Positions 36,931 to 49,354 are shown, counted from the stretch's first letter. The stretch is 64,000 bases of DNA from Felis catus (GCF_018350175.1 NC_058368.1:184762001-184826000); one strand, 5' to 3'. Notes: generated by a model not told the origin, from the letters alone. Numbers and translations: made by a program.

Positions 36931-37184
36931 AACCAGGGCACACTTTCCCACTGCGTCTTCCCTGCAGGAAAATGATTATAGACCAGGGGGAGGGAAGGAA
37001 AGGTGCGGAGTGGAAGCAGAAAGAGCAGCTTGGAGGCTCTTGAAGCCACCTATGCAAAGGATGGCAGTGATTTAGACTAAGGTAATAGTGGTAGAGATAG
37101 TAAATGATCGGAGTCAGACTTATTTTGATAGTAGAGCCAGTACGATTTGCCACTTAGATATGAGAGATAAGAAAATGAAGTGGA

Positions 37185-37289
37185 GAGATACCTGGAAGGC
37201 TCAGTCAGTGGAGCATGTGACTCTTGATCTCTGGGTTGTGAGTTTGAGTCCCATGCTAGATGGAGAGATTACTGAAAAATAAAATCTGA

Positions 37290-37345
<56 letters not shown>

Positions 37346-37370
37346 AAAAGAAAGAGAGAGAGAGAGAGAG

Positions 37371-37433
<63 letters not shown>
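37185..37433 (+). mobile_element. Short old-type CanSINE whose tail expanded into (GAAA)n
   Basis: ggctcagtcagtggagcatgtgactcttgatctc; TSD aagaaaatgaagt(g/t)ga flanks both SINE and microsatellite. Confidence 0.88.
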
Positions 37434-37437
<4 letters not shown>

Positions 37438-37440
37438 AAA
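37288..37440. repeat. Compound (GAAA)~15-(GA)~9-(GAAA)~17 pure-purine microsatellite
   Basis: Read directly. Confidence 0.98.
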
Positions 37441-38027
37441 TGAAGTTGAGGATAATGCTAAGTAGATAACATGACCACACAGGATTATTTCTGAGCACTT
37501 ACTGAATGAATGCTTGTAATTCTGCCTAGCATGATGCATGGAACATAACTGGAGATCAATAAACATTAGTTAAATGTGAACCTTGTTTGTATTACTTTAA
37601 AAAAAAAAAAGTAAGGAGAATAAATTGTATGGCAGGTCCTTTATCATTACTGTTAATGATAACAAGCATTTCTGAACATTTCTTTCACTGGCCTATGCAA
37701 ATCTGTTCAGGACAAGATAAGATAACAACCTAGGCAAATATTTAAAATAAGATATTGCCAAAAAAAAAAAAAAAAAAAGCACATAGAGCACAATCTTATA
37801 TTTTTATCTAGGTAAACACAACTCACACAAAGGAAGATATCTAGGGTGGTCACTTCAGTGCAAATGAGCCACCAAAGCCTAATTCTGACTGGAGATTTTG
37901 GATTACCAACCATAATGACTTCAACCCTCAGCCCTAAACACCCCTTTGTAATTCCTATTGGACCCTAGCTTTGAAAGTATACCCTTGTATGCTCTAATTT
38001 TTAATTTGAGAAATTCTTACTTCGAAT

Positions 38028-38250
38028 TTTTTTTTAAATTTTTTTTTTAACGTTTTATTTATTTTTGAGAGAGAGAGACAGAGCATGAACGAGGGAGGGG
38101 CAGAGAGAGAGGGAGACACAGAATTGGAAGCAGGCTCCAGGCTCTGAGCCATCAGCCCAGAGCCCAACGCGGGGCTCGAACTCAAGGACCGCAAGATCGT
38201 GACCTGAGCCGAAGTCGGCCGCCCAACCGACTGAGCCACCCAGGCGCCCC
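38028..38250 (-). mobile_element. CanSINE (SINEC_Fc), inserted at the tail of the next SINE
   Basis: CpG-rich; TSD acttcgaatttttttt. Confidence 0.95.
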
Positions 38251-38259
38251 ACTTCGAAT

Positions 38260-38466
38260 TTTTTTTAACGTTTGTTTATTATTGAGAGACAGAGAGAGAC
38301 AGAACATGAGCATGGGAGGGGCAGAGAGAGTAGACACAGAATCTGAAGCAGGATCCAGGCTATGAGCTGTTAGCGCAGAGCCTGACGTGGGGCTCAAATC
38401 ACAAACCGTGAGATCATGACCTGAGCCGAAGACGGACGCTTAACCTACTGAGCCACCCAAGCACCC
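38260..38466 (-). mobile_element. CanSINE
   Basis: Reverse-complement head and body; TSD aattcttacttc(g/a)aat. Confidence 0.95.
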
Positions 38467-38782
38467 TGAGAATTCTTACTTCAAATCCATACATGAAATT
38501 TATCATTGATATTTGCACCATATCATTTCACCACTTGCTTCAGTTTGCACCATAGAAGGTCTTATTCTACAATAAAATATTTCCTTAGTGAGGTTTTGAA
38601 TATTTCCTCTTTTTATCTATATGTTTTCAAAAATTTTGCAACAGCTATACATTACTTTGAGGTAAAAGTAAATATTTTTAACACAGTAAGACAAAAAAAG
38701 GTTAATAAAAACTCAAGTGGAAATATTACTTGATAACATCTCAATAATAACTTCTTAGTAAATATAAATAAAATAGAACCTA

Positions 38783-39007
38783 GGGGCTCCTGAGTGGCTC
38801 AGTCATTTGGGCATCTGACTCTTGATTTCAGCTCAGGTCACAATTTCATGATTCATAAAATTGAGTCTCGAGTCACATTCTACGCTGACAGTGTGGAGCC
38901 TGCTTGGGATTCTGTCTCTCACCTTGTCTCTTCCCCTACCTGTTTGTGCTTTATGTCTGTCTCTCTTTTTCTCTCTCAAAAATAAATAAATAAACTTAAA
39001 AAAAAAA
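38783..39007 (+). mobile_element. CanSINE
   Basis: Diverged head, CT-rich body, A tail. Confidence 0.92.
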
Positions 39008-39355
39008 GTTGAACTTAAAATTTTAACTAACCAGAATTATGGGGATAGTTAAGGATTAGAACATTCTAATGATTCAGTATAATATTTTGTTTGTTTTTAG
39101 TTACACATAAATGAACATCACCTTTGTTCCCTGCCTTCCACCTCTTGCCCTAATTCTTCCCTTTTCTACTTCCTCCCCCCAAGAATATAGCATAACTTAT
39201 TAAGAATTTCCAATATACCATATGCAAGACTTCGTAAATAGCATTTAGAACACTGGGCCTAAAGAAATCCTGAAGGCTTTGTTCTCTGGTAGAAGAGATT
39301 TATGTCAGTATTTACTACAAAATAAGGAAATTTCCTTAAAGAATCTGGCAAATAT

Positions 39356-39775
39356 TGTAGGTTGGCTCATGCAATACTTATTCAAATTCCCTTTCCTTTC
39401 CTTCTGCTCCTATAAGAACTAGAGAGATACAAACCCACCTTTCCAGATGTCCTTGCAACTAAGGGCATGCATGTGACACATTTATGACCAATGAGAAATA
39501 AGTGAATGTCTCCTGGGAGTTTCTTGGAACCTCCTATCTGCTAGTTCCTGTCTGGAATGCAAACAATGGTTTGAGTCGAAGCAGACATCTTGGAACATAA
39601 GGAAAAAAAGTAAGAGAATCCCAGGGCCTTTGAAGCACATATCCTTGCACCATTCATCTAATACCAGACATCATACACCTCCAGACATATTTATATGAGA
39701 AAGATGAAAACTTTATATGTTTTATGCCTATTACAAGTTCAGCTTTCTGCTATAGACAAAGGCAAGTCCTAACAA
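39356..39775 (+). mobile_element. Old MaLR LTR (MLT1-like)
   Basis: ttccagatgtccttgcaactaagggc..catgtgacaca..gaccaatgag; gcagacatcttg; ctccagac..ttatatgaga. Confidence 0.6.
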
Positions 39776-40550
39776 ATCTGTAGGCCACATCCTAAAGTAA
39801 CTTTAATGCCTTTAACTAAATCTCTACTACCTTATGTTCCAATATTAGCCTTTTTATCCTGATATCACAATTTAGGAAAATACTAATTACTCCATGGTTC
39901 TGAAAAATTAAAATTGCTTACCAGGAAAAAAAAAAAAAAAAAGATCGTACTAGGCTTCTTAGACTCAATCTCCAATTAATATATTATACATTTGTAAAAT
40001 AGGGACATGTAAAAAAGGCAAATGAAATAAAGTCACAAACCTGAGGAATTTCATAAACAGTAATTAGGAAAGTTAACAGTCTTCACATTTTATAAAGTTT
40101 TGTAAATTTTTGCACAGTTTATAAGTCCTGTGTTGTTAGCAAACCTTTCTATGTCAACCAACCAACTTTGCCATAATAAAGGTGACTGAGTGTTCAGAAT
40201 GTGAAAAGGCCACTAAGTCCTAACTCAGAGATTTTTTCATCTAGTCCATGGCCAGGAGGGTATCTGCATCCCCCCAAATAAGAAGAGTACAAGAGAGATT
40301 GAGGCCATGAAAAGGTAATGGGCAGAAGACAATCTTACCAAGATTACATTCCATAAAACAGAATTGGCAACATCTGCTCAATCTACTGTAGATAAACAGT
40401 GAACTATTTTCCATCTCATTAACTAAGAGGATGAGATATTAAATAAACCCCAGGGGCCTCATGCTTTGTTACCACGTTTAAGGCTTGGCCCAGACTTGCT
40501 GCATTAGCTAATCCTTGTAATGGTTTACAATCTAAAATCCTACATAATTT

Positions 40551-40596
40551 CTTTCTCTCTCTCTTCCTCTCTCTCATACGCTCACACGCGCGCGCG

Positions 40597-40628
<32 letters not shown>
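40551..40628. repeat. Compound (CT)n-(CG)5-(CA)n microsatellite
   Basis: Read directly. Confidence 0.95.
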
Positions 40629-41789
40629 ATTCCCAAATGGCTTAAAACCAAAAGTTCCTTCTTAATCTGACTGTCTAATTACTAGTCACTTAGCTTAAAT
40701 TATTAACCATGTCTTCAGCTGTGATATATGATACCTGTAGGCCTGCAAACAGGATTCTAATAGAATTATCTAATTCTATTAAACAGCAAACAACTGCCCA
40801 TTAAATATTTATTAGCCAGCTTGTATTCGTTGAAGATAGATTGGAGTGTCAGCAAACCTCTAGGTTCCCTCTTCCTGGAGCTCTGTCACACAGAAGGTTG
40901 GGCCAAAACAGCCCATCAGGATCATGCCAAGTGATCAACTGCCAATTACCTATTTAATCAAAATCAATGAGAAAAAAAAAGGTTTAGGAGAACTTACAAG
41001 GTATGGTATGGATTTTTTTTTAATACTTGGTTAAATAAGTAAATTGGTTGAAATCTAGCTAACTTGATTGTAAACACTTAAGGTTTATTTTACCTTAGGG
41101 AAAACTGCTAGCAGTTAAATAATTAGATTTTCTTTTTCAGACTGGTGAATTGTATTTTTAATAAAGGAGTTGAAGAACTGTCAATTTTGGCCACCCAGGA
41201 GAGATGATTTTTGAGGCCACGCTTTCAGGCTACAATGCCTTCCTTCTTCAAGCCATATGAAAGATAACCTGACACCTTTGGCAGACAGCACTCCTTCAGA
41301 TGGTAAGCATGTGGGCAGTTTTAAACAATTAGATTATGCAAGATGGCAAGTGTTCATTCACTAAAAATGCAAGAACCATCTGGATTCTCCCAGAGGATCT
41401 GGAGAAAATGAACAAGGAAAGTCACTCCTCTAAAGAAGCCACTTTCACAAGAGTTGTTCAAAACCCCAAGTGTAAATCAATTCTTAATAGCAAAAGGCCA
41501 TAATAAAGAATAAAAAAGAAGGGGAAGAATGTCATCTGACTCTTGTTCAACTAACTTTTCAGTAGTCAGAGAAAGACGGGCCAAAGAAAAACAGGAATTG
41601 CTGTAGCAAATAATCAGTAGTGATATATTTTTGCTTCCTGGTTGCTGTAATTAAGGATTCGATGTATAGGTTGATTCATACTTAATCAGCCTTATAGGTT
41701 GATTTTGAGGAAATACTACTATCCAGAAGCAAAATAATTAAAATAGACATGAAAATCGGCACTAGGAATCTCTAGTCATTTAAACACAA

Positions 41790-42190
41790 AGCAATGGAGA
41801 AGAAAAAATAAATTGCATTATATTCACATACTGGAATAAAGTATTGCAATGCAAATGGACAGACTATATAGCAACATAGAAAATGGATAATTTTGTAGAC
41901 ATCATGTTGAATGAGAAAGCCAGACCAAGAAAAAAAAGAAAAGAAAGAAAGAAACGAAAAAAATAGCAGATTCTGTATGATTAAATTTACACAAAATTCA
42001 AAAACAGGCAACATTAAGCTATGTTTTAAGTAGAATAATAGTTACCTTTTGGAGAGGGGAAAAGGGTAGTGATGGGAGAATTTTGGAGTAGCTTTCTATC
42101 CTTGATCTACAAGCTAGTTACAAAAATCTAGTCCCTTTGGAAAAATCTTTGCACTTTTCTTAATGTATGTATCCTTTAATAAAAAGTTTA
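41790..42190 (+). mobile_element. Old L1ME-like 3' fragment
   Basis: aaataaattgcattatattcacatactggaata; atgttgaatgagaaagccagac; aaaattcaaaaacaggcaa; aataaaaag. Confidence 0.7.
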
Positions 42191-44135
42191 CTTTCGAAAA
42201 GTAAAGCAACAGAGCAATTTATTTGTGTGGCCTTAGGCAAGTCACTTATCTCTGAACCTCGAAGTTTCCATCATGTGTAAAATAAGCAGTTGGACAAGAT
42301 AGTCTTCAGATTTCTGCAGATTGCAAAAATGCTTTGATTCTACAAAAGATCATTACTCTCACAAGGACGAACTGGATCAATAAATCTATACTGATATCAA
42401 CCTCATTTTGGCAGTCAAATCTTTACTTAAATAGTAAATCTTCAATCTTTACTTAAATAGTAAAAAGCAAGTCTGGGGGCAGCGTACCTACATAGAGAAT
42501 CCTCCCTCTAGATAGGTAGATAGATACATATATAGAGATAGATATTCTCTAAAATAAAATAAAGCTAGATAAAAAGGAGAGATAGGGAACTGTCTCACTG
42601 TCAAAAACCCATCCCTCAAGTTTCTTTCAGCTCCTCATTCACGTGTAAATATTTAATCTTTGAGTTGTCTTACCTCAAGAAAGTCCATGGCTCTGAAATC
42701 AGACAGGACTGAGCCTCACAGGAGTGTAAAAAAAAAAAAAATCTACCCAAAAATATGTCCTCAGCACAACTACCTAAGTACCCAATGTTCCCATCATTAG
42801 AGCATCTTCTTTCATTGATCAGCCCTTCACCTCACAGAGAACTGGCCTCTGAAGACATAAGACATACGACACAAGGTTTGTGCACATGGAAGAGGATGGT
42901 AGAAATCCAAAGCCTAGTGCATATCTAGAAAAGAGGATGCTGACATTTGGTACCAAGATGGCATTTTCCGGCAAACTCAGAACCAAAAATCAAGAGAACA
43001 TTGTAAGGGAATGGGAGCCAGGTATTCTCCCAGTGCTTAATCCCCACATAACACCAACTTAGTCCTGATTCTCCTCATGTCTTCACAAGAAAAATCCACA
43101 CAATAAGAAAATAAAATTCCACCAATGTCTGCCTTTCTCTAAACAACCGTAAGTCAACCAAATAAACTTTTCACTTTTTAAACTATTAATTATATATAGA
43201 ACACTATAGGAGGACTGCTCAGAATTTCTCTTCACTCACTAAAGAAACCAGAGCATAGATCTCTCTGCTCATGAATTTCTGTAAGGAAATATTGGCGGAA
43301 TGAGCAATTGGGGAATGAGCAAATGTCACTAATTCACAACCAAAATAATGGGCAGGGAAAAAATCTTCATCCCTCATGTATGAAATATTACAACTTTTAA
43401 ATTCACTAGTAGTGAGCTTTTAAATTCTCTAGTAGTGAATCTCTTAAAAGGACAAAATAAAGTACAAATCAAGAATTGTTCTTGGAGGAATATTCCTGGA
43501 TCATGTTGTCAGGAAACAGATAACATGTCATTTCTCCTTAGCTCTCAGGGAGAGTAGAAGTGTCTGGAGAGTATGCAATGAGCAGGTTACCTGCTGCTGT
43601 CTTTTACAAATCTTAAACAGAGACCAAAAACAGTTTGGTTGGTTTTTCCTAATAAGGCACATGCATCTCCAGAGAACACATCCTCACCAGGCAAAAAAAC
43701 TGCCTCTAAATGTCTTTTCATGCCTTCTCAGCTGGGACCAGGGTTTTGTTCTCTCCTTTAAAGGCAAAGGGCTCTGCTACATATCTAGGGAAAGGATGGG
43801 GCAGAATTATATTTTCAAGGCATTTGTTAAGGTGTCAGTCTGCTTCTCCAAATTGTAAAAACATAAGCTATTGTGCAAATACTATTTAACTCATGAAAAA
43901 CGCCACTGACCTAAGCCCGGTATAGAAAGGTCCAGTGATAAAATAGGCTTTTTCCACTCCTACAAGGTGGAAACAAGTTGGGAGAAGAGACAAGAACACA
44001 AACAAGGAAGAAGAAGAAGAAGAGGGGAACTAGAGCTGTTACTGCATCCAGAATCATTCCATAAAGAATTTATGGCTGCATAGATGCTGAGTCTCACCAA
44101 GATGCTACTCATGTGGCCATCCTTTGAGGACTACT

Positions 44136-44510
44136 GTGCCTGAGATTTCTAGTCTCCCACCCCATATCCATTTTTCTATAATAATACAAGTCTTTTCTCT
44201 GTACATGGCTGCCAGGTTAAAGACTACACTTCCCAGCTTTCCCTAAAATTAGATGTGGTATGTGACCAGGTACTAGCCAATGGGAAATATGAGTAGAAGT
44301 TACTTGTGCAACTTTCTGGTCACATCCATAAAAAAATAAGACACGTGAAATTCTGTTATTCTTTCTGGCTTTCTTCCCACTTCCTGGAATTCAGACATAG
44401 TGAAAGCACATGCCAAGCATGAAGAGCAGCAGAAGGTGTTCAGAGGCTGCTGGGTCCCCACACCATGGATCCACTATATAAGTCCTAGATGGCTTACACT
44501 CAGCAGCCAA
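44136..44510 (+). mobile_element. MaLR LTR, MLT1J-like
   Basis: acatggctgcc..aagactacacttcccagc..tgtgaccag..tagccaatggg..gtagaagt. Confidence 0.65.
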
Positions 44511-45281
44511 AACCAATATCCCAAAATTCACAACCACCAATTGTTGTTGGTCGGTTCTTCATAATCCTCAGTCCCATTGGAGTGATGATTATTTCTGCTC
44601 TGGAGATTACCCAGGCTCCCGTTAAGCATGGATGATCCTCCACTTAACAGCCTGACACAAGGGTAATCTCACCCTACCATTACTACCAAGAGTGTGAGGT
44701 TACCACACACAGATGACTTGTAGGGTCATGGTAGTTTGAATCCAGAGCCCTGTCCTAATCAAGGCAAGGCCATGATGAAACAGTTGCAAATCATCCACAG
44801 AATCTAGTCAGCAGTGGCTTTAAAACCTCTGATGACAGCTCAATAGCCTTTTTTCTCCAGCTGGGAAATTTGAGAGGTGAGCCTGAGCAGGGTCACCTGA
44901 ATAGATTGCATCTGCCAAGACTTGGTGGCTAAATAAATGAGTGCATGTGGAATGGAAATTAGGGGGCCAGACCTAAAATAAATTTAACAGATTGCCTCCT
45001 CTTTAAGGGCTCCTTTTAATCAGCTGGTTTCATGAGACTTTGCTTTGCAGAGGAGGAGATGTGACTCATGAGCATGCTTGCTAGAGACAGATGCTTGTGG
45101 GTTTTGTTGTTTTCTGGTTTTTGTTTTTTAAATTCTCTCATACAGGGATCCATAAGAAATTTGGGTGAAGAGAAAGGCCAATGATAAACATGATTTGAAT
45201 CAAGGCAGATTTAGGGGGGTAAGATATACAGGATTTTTACAGACTCACAGTTCCTAAAACTATGTTCAAGGACATAAAAAT

Positions 45282-45480
45282 GCGGGCACCTGCGTGGCTC
45301 AGTTGGTTGAGCATCTGAGCTCAGCTCAGGTCATGTTCTCACAGTTCATGAGTTCAAGCCTCACATGGGGCTCTGTGTTGACAGTGTGGAGCCACTAGGG
45401 AGTCTCTCTCTCCCTCTCTCTTTCTCTGCCACTCCCCCCACCTCAAAATAAATAAGTAAACTTAAAAAAAATAAAGAAAG
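45282..45480 (+). mobile_element. CanSINE
   Basis: Head, CT-rich body, A tail. Confidence 0.92.
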
Positions 45481-45829
45481 GAAGGATGTAAAAGTAAAAG
45501 GTGAATCAGAGTTTTACAAACAGAGGAGCTTAGAGATCACCTAGCTCAACTCCATTTTCCTAAACACTCAACATAGTATATAATACTCAGTTGGCAATTA
45601 AACACAATTTTTGTAGTTGTTGAATAAATGATTGCCCGACTAGAAATTAAGAGAGATAAGTGATTCATCCAAGATGAATTACACAAGAAATACACAAGTT
45701 GAGCTCAGATGTGTCAATCCCAAGCTCAAGACATTTTCTACACTGCTTTCTCTCATTTCTACATAGCACAGTCTCCATTTTTTAAATGAGCCCCAAATTT
45801 CATGCACACACTTTCCTTTTCCTGGTGTC

Positions 45830-46480
45830 TGTATCAGGATGATACAAAACCTAGCAAAAGTAGCTTCAGTTAGAAGAGTATTTTACTTTATAGAAATCCA
45901 GAAATGAATTGTCTCAGGGTTGATTTTGATGGGTCAACATCATTGAGAACCTAAGAACTGTCCATCCTTCCAATTTCCCTTGCTCATGTGTTGCTTTCAT
46001 TTGGGGTTCTATTTTTTCATGGTTGCCAAATAGTTGTAGCATTTCTTTTTATCTTCTATGAAAGCTTCCAAGTAAAATAAAAGGGACAAGGGGCATCTGG
46101 CTGGCTCAGTCGGTAGAGCACGGGATCTCAGAGTTGTGAGTTTGAGCACCGCATTGGGTATAGAGACTACTTAAAAATAAAATCTTTTTTTAAAAAAGGA
46201 AGGATGAGAGTAAAAATGGCTTCCTTCTCACATCACTCTATTAGTAAAAAGAAAAATAATTCCCAAAACCTTCAACATACTTCTCTTTATGTTTCACTAC
46301 CAGAAATGAAACAATTTCTGGCATATTTCACCAACCACTGACAAAAAGAAATGAGATTGTGGTAACTGGCTTAGGCCAATCTTGATTCACCTATGCGAGC
46401 TGGGCACATTCTATCCCAAACAAATATATTCGTAAGGAAGAAGACTAAGTGGCTATCTGAAGACATCTATGAGATTCTGG
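45830..46480 (-). mobile_element. Old MaLR LTR relic (MLT1-like) interrupted by a SINE
   Basis: Weak similarity to reverse-complement MLT1 (tcatggttgccaaatagttgtagca; ttcccaaaacc..cttctctt.atgtttcact; actggcttaggccaat). Confidence 0.45.
46090..46197 (+). mobile_element. Short old-type CanSINE
   Basis: ggggcatctggctggctcagtcggtagagca..gttgtgagtttgagc..ttgggtatagag..acttaaaaataaaatc. Confidence 0.88.
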
Positions 46481-46564
46481 CACATACACAGATTGCTCTG
46501 GCAGCTCTACTCAAGACTAAGCCCAAAGGTATTATATCCCAGAAATGTTAGATACAGGAGTATG

Positions 46565-47020
46565 AATTCAAGTTAACAAACATTTGTCAATCACTTTCTA
46601 TTTACCAGTCTCCCCACAGACCCTGCAACTTAAACAATAGATAGAACTGATACTTTTCTTACCCTCAGGGAGCCCACTATACGAAGGCAGATAAAGACCA
46701 CTAAATATGTTATTATAATCCAATATGATGTGTGCTCTTATGGGTAAAGTGCCCACACAAATGGGATAATGAAGACATAACTAGCCCACATACGGATGGT
46801 CAGGGAAGGCTTCCAAGAGCAGGTGTCATCAACAGAATAAGTAGAAGCTAGTATGGAGATGTTATGGGACAAGCAGAGTGTGTTCCAGATAGAAGTTTTC
46901 AGCATAAGCCAAGTGCAAGAGACAAGTGAGAATATGATGAATCTGAAGGCTGGGAAAAAAAATTCTGTATGACTAAACCACTGAACATAAGGCAGAGGGA
47001 TCAACTGAGACTAAAGAGGT
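46565..47020 (-). mobile_element. L2 LINE 3' fragment
   Basis: aacaaacattt..; ccctcaggggagc; ggtcagggaaggcttcc; agagtgtgttccagatagaag..cagcata. Confidence 0.7.
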
Positions 47021-48660
47021 AAGAGCTGGTATTCGAATTAGTCCTGTTTCAACTTTTTGCCAGTTTGATAAAGGATTCGCCATGACAGTCATAGGTGGAA
47101 TCACAGGTGTAAAAACAACTAAAAGGCAGCAAGCACAAAGGCGACCTCCCCCGAGGAAATGGATCATGACATTGCTACTTGGTAACTCACAATTCCCTTT
47201 GCCGATTCTGCATCTATTGAGGCTATTACAGACCAGGCTGAAAATAATGTACCAGTTCAGAGTGTGTCAACAGCTCCCCAGCAGAAGGACTAGTGTGGGT
47301 AATGAGTGTGCTTTGACAGCCCAAGGTCAGATATTTAACAATATTCCAGAGTTTAAGTATGATACACTGAGCGCTGTTTTAGCTTCTTACTTGAAAGGCT
47401 CACAGCTGCTAATATTTACAGAAATAGGAAGCAATTACAGTTCGCTGCCACAGGAGGAACTTAAATAATTTAAGACTCATAATGCCTCTGATTCTTTTCA
47501 AGCCATCTTTTCTCCAGAACCAGCTGCTTCTAGCTCTCAGTAAGCCCTCTGTTGAGAAGGCAGAGTCGCCCTGATGCACGGCACTGCTTTTGCTCGCCCA
47601 AAAACTCAAGCATACAGCTTTTTGGCATCCACGACATTTCTCCCACATTTGTACTTCATCTCTGGAAAGGGCCCCTTTTCTCACCAGCAATGAAACTCCG
47701 CAGCCATCTGCCCGGGCTAATCTGGGTAAACTGGCATGAGCAGAGAGAACCATAATGTAATTTCGCAAATTAAACTAATTTATTTCAGTAGCCATTTTCA
47801 TGACACGGATGTGGTAGGACAAGAATAGAGAAGAAAGGGGAATGGGGGAGAAATAGAACATGTTGGATGCCAAACAGAAGAAAGTCAAATTTTAAGTGCC
47901 TAAAGTTTCCATGTGAACTATCCCAAGAGTCTCTCCTTGCGATTCCATTGTGAATTCAGCTCTTTCCCATCATGGTCAACAACCTGATGAGTGGGATAGG
48001 AAAATGTAGACAACTGTAAATTTTTTAATTGAAGTTTAGATTGAAGAGCTTCTAATATCCGCCTATCAAACAATCTTGGCAAGAATTAAAGAATATTGAG
48101 GTATCTGCTCCCATTATATAGTTTTAAAATATGACCAAGAATGTAACTGGTAAAGTTACTTCACCTGGGGATAAACACTTTTTATGTGAAAGGTGTTCTA
48201 GGATCTTTAGCTTCCACAATCCTATATTATCATCACAGCTTTTCTTGGGAGGACACCAGACTAGAAGAGAAAGAACATGTTTCCTGGCACTCAATGTATT
48301 AGCTTTTAAATCTCAGTTCTACCCCATTTTGTGCCTCCCAACTCTGAGTTGTTATCCCATGTTTCTGAGCCTCAGTTTCTGCACTGGCAACATGAAGATG
48401 ATCTTATAAACATGTTTTAATCAGAAATAAATTATGTCAAGTGAAATTACATAGACTAAGAACCTAATAGTGGCTAAGCTATAAAAAGTGTCCAATGAAG
48501 CATGGCTCCATCCCTTCTCTCCCAATACCTGCTCTTCCATTTTTCTCATCAGGATAATATATATAACTTTCCAGTGTCTGTAGCATTTGGGAGAAATGCT
48601 AGTCAGCTGTCACTTGGAAAATACAAAGAAGAAGCACTTTTTTAATATCAGAAAGGGCCC

Positions 48661-49123
48661 TGTTATGGGTTGAGTTGTGTTCCCCATAAAATGTGTATGT
48701 TAAATTCCCCACTCCATTACCTCACGATGTGACCTTATTTGGAAGTAGAGTCATTGTCAATGTAATTAGTTAATATAAGGTCATACTAGAGTATGGTAGG
48801 CCCCTACTCAATACATCTGAAAGAGAACACCATTTAAAGAGACAGGAAGGCCCCAAGGAGACCATCATGTGAAGATGAAGTGATGCAGCAGTGATCTCAG
48901 TGATGCAGCAGAAGCCAAGGAATACCAAAGATTGCCAGCAAACCACCAGAAGCTACGAGAAGGGCATGGAACAGAACCTTCCTCATAATCCTCTGGAGGA
49001 ATCAACACTGCTGACACTTTGATCTCCAACTTCTAGCCTCCAGAACTGTGAGATAATGAATTTTTGTCATTTAAGCTGCCCAGTTGGTTGTACCTTGTCA
49101 CAACAACCCTAGTAAACTAGTAC
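48661..49123 (+). mobile_element. MaLR solo LTR, MLT1C-like
   Basis: tgttatgggttgagttgtgttcccc...gtgaccttatttgga...agattgccagcaaaccaccagaagct...ccctagtaaactagtac. Confidence 0.88.
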
Positions 49124-49354
49124 GGACCCATGGCTAAAGTTGTTTTCCACTCAGTGTACACATTAACAGCTTTCACCACTACAACCTTTTTTATAGGTTG
49201 TCAATGACTTTAGGTCTTTTGGGCAAACACTCAGTTGTATACTGTAAATAATATGGCTGACTTGGACAATTCTGGCTGGCTGAGAACACAAAGATCCTTA
49301 GTACACTGCCTCCTTAGTCCCAAAAAGCACTTTGAATAAGAGGTTTTATTGGCT

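Larger units (their letters stand above)
36940..37470 (-). mobile_element. L2 LINE relic interrupted by SINE/(GAAA)n
   Basis: gtggaagcagaaagagcag.ttggaggct...ttagactaaggtaatagtggtagagat...gatttgc. Confidence 0.6.

Noticed and set aside
37201..37566. 121-aa ORF rich in F/L/S
   Set aside because: Translation of the (TTTC)n microsatellite.
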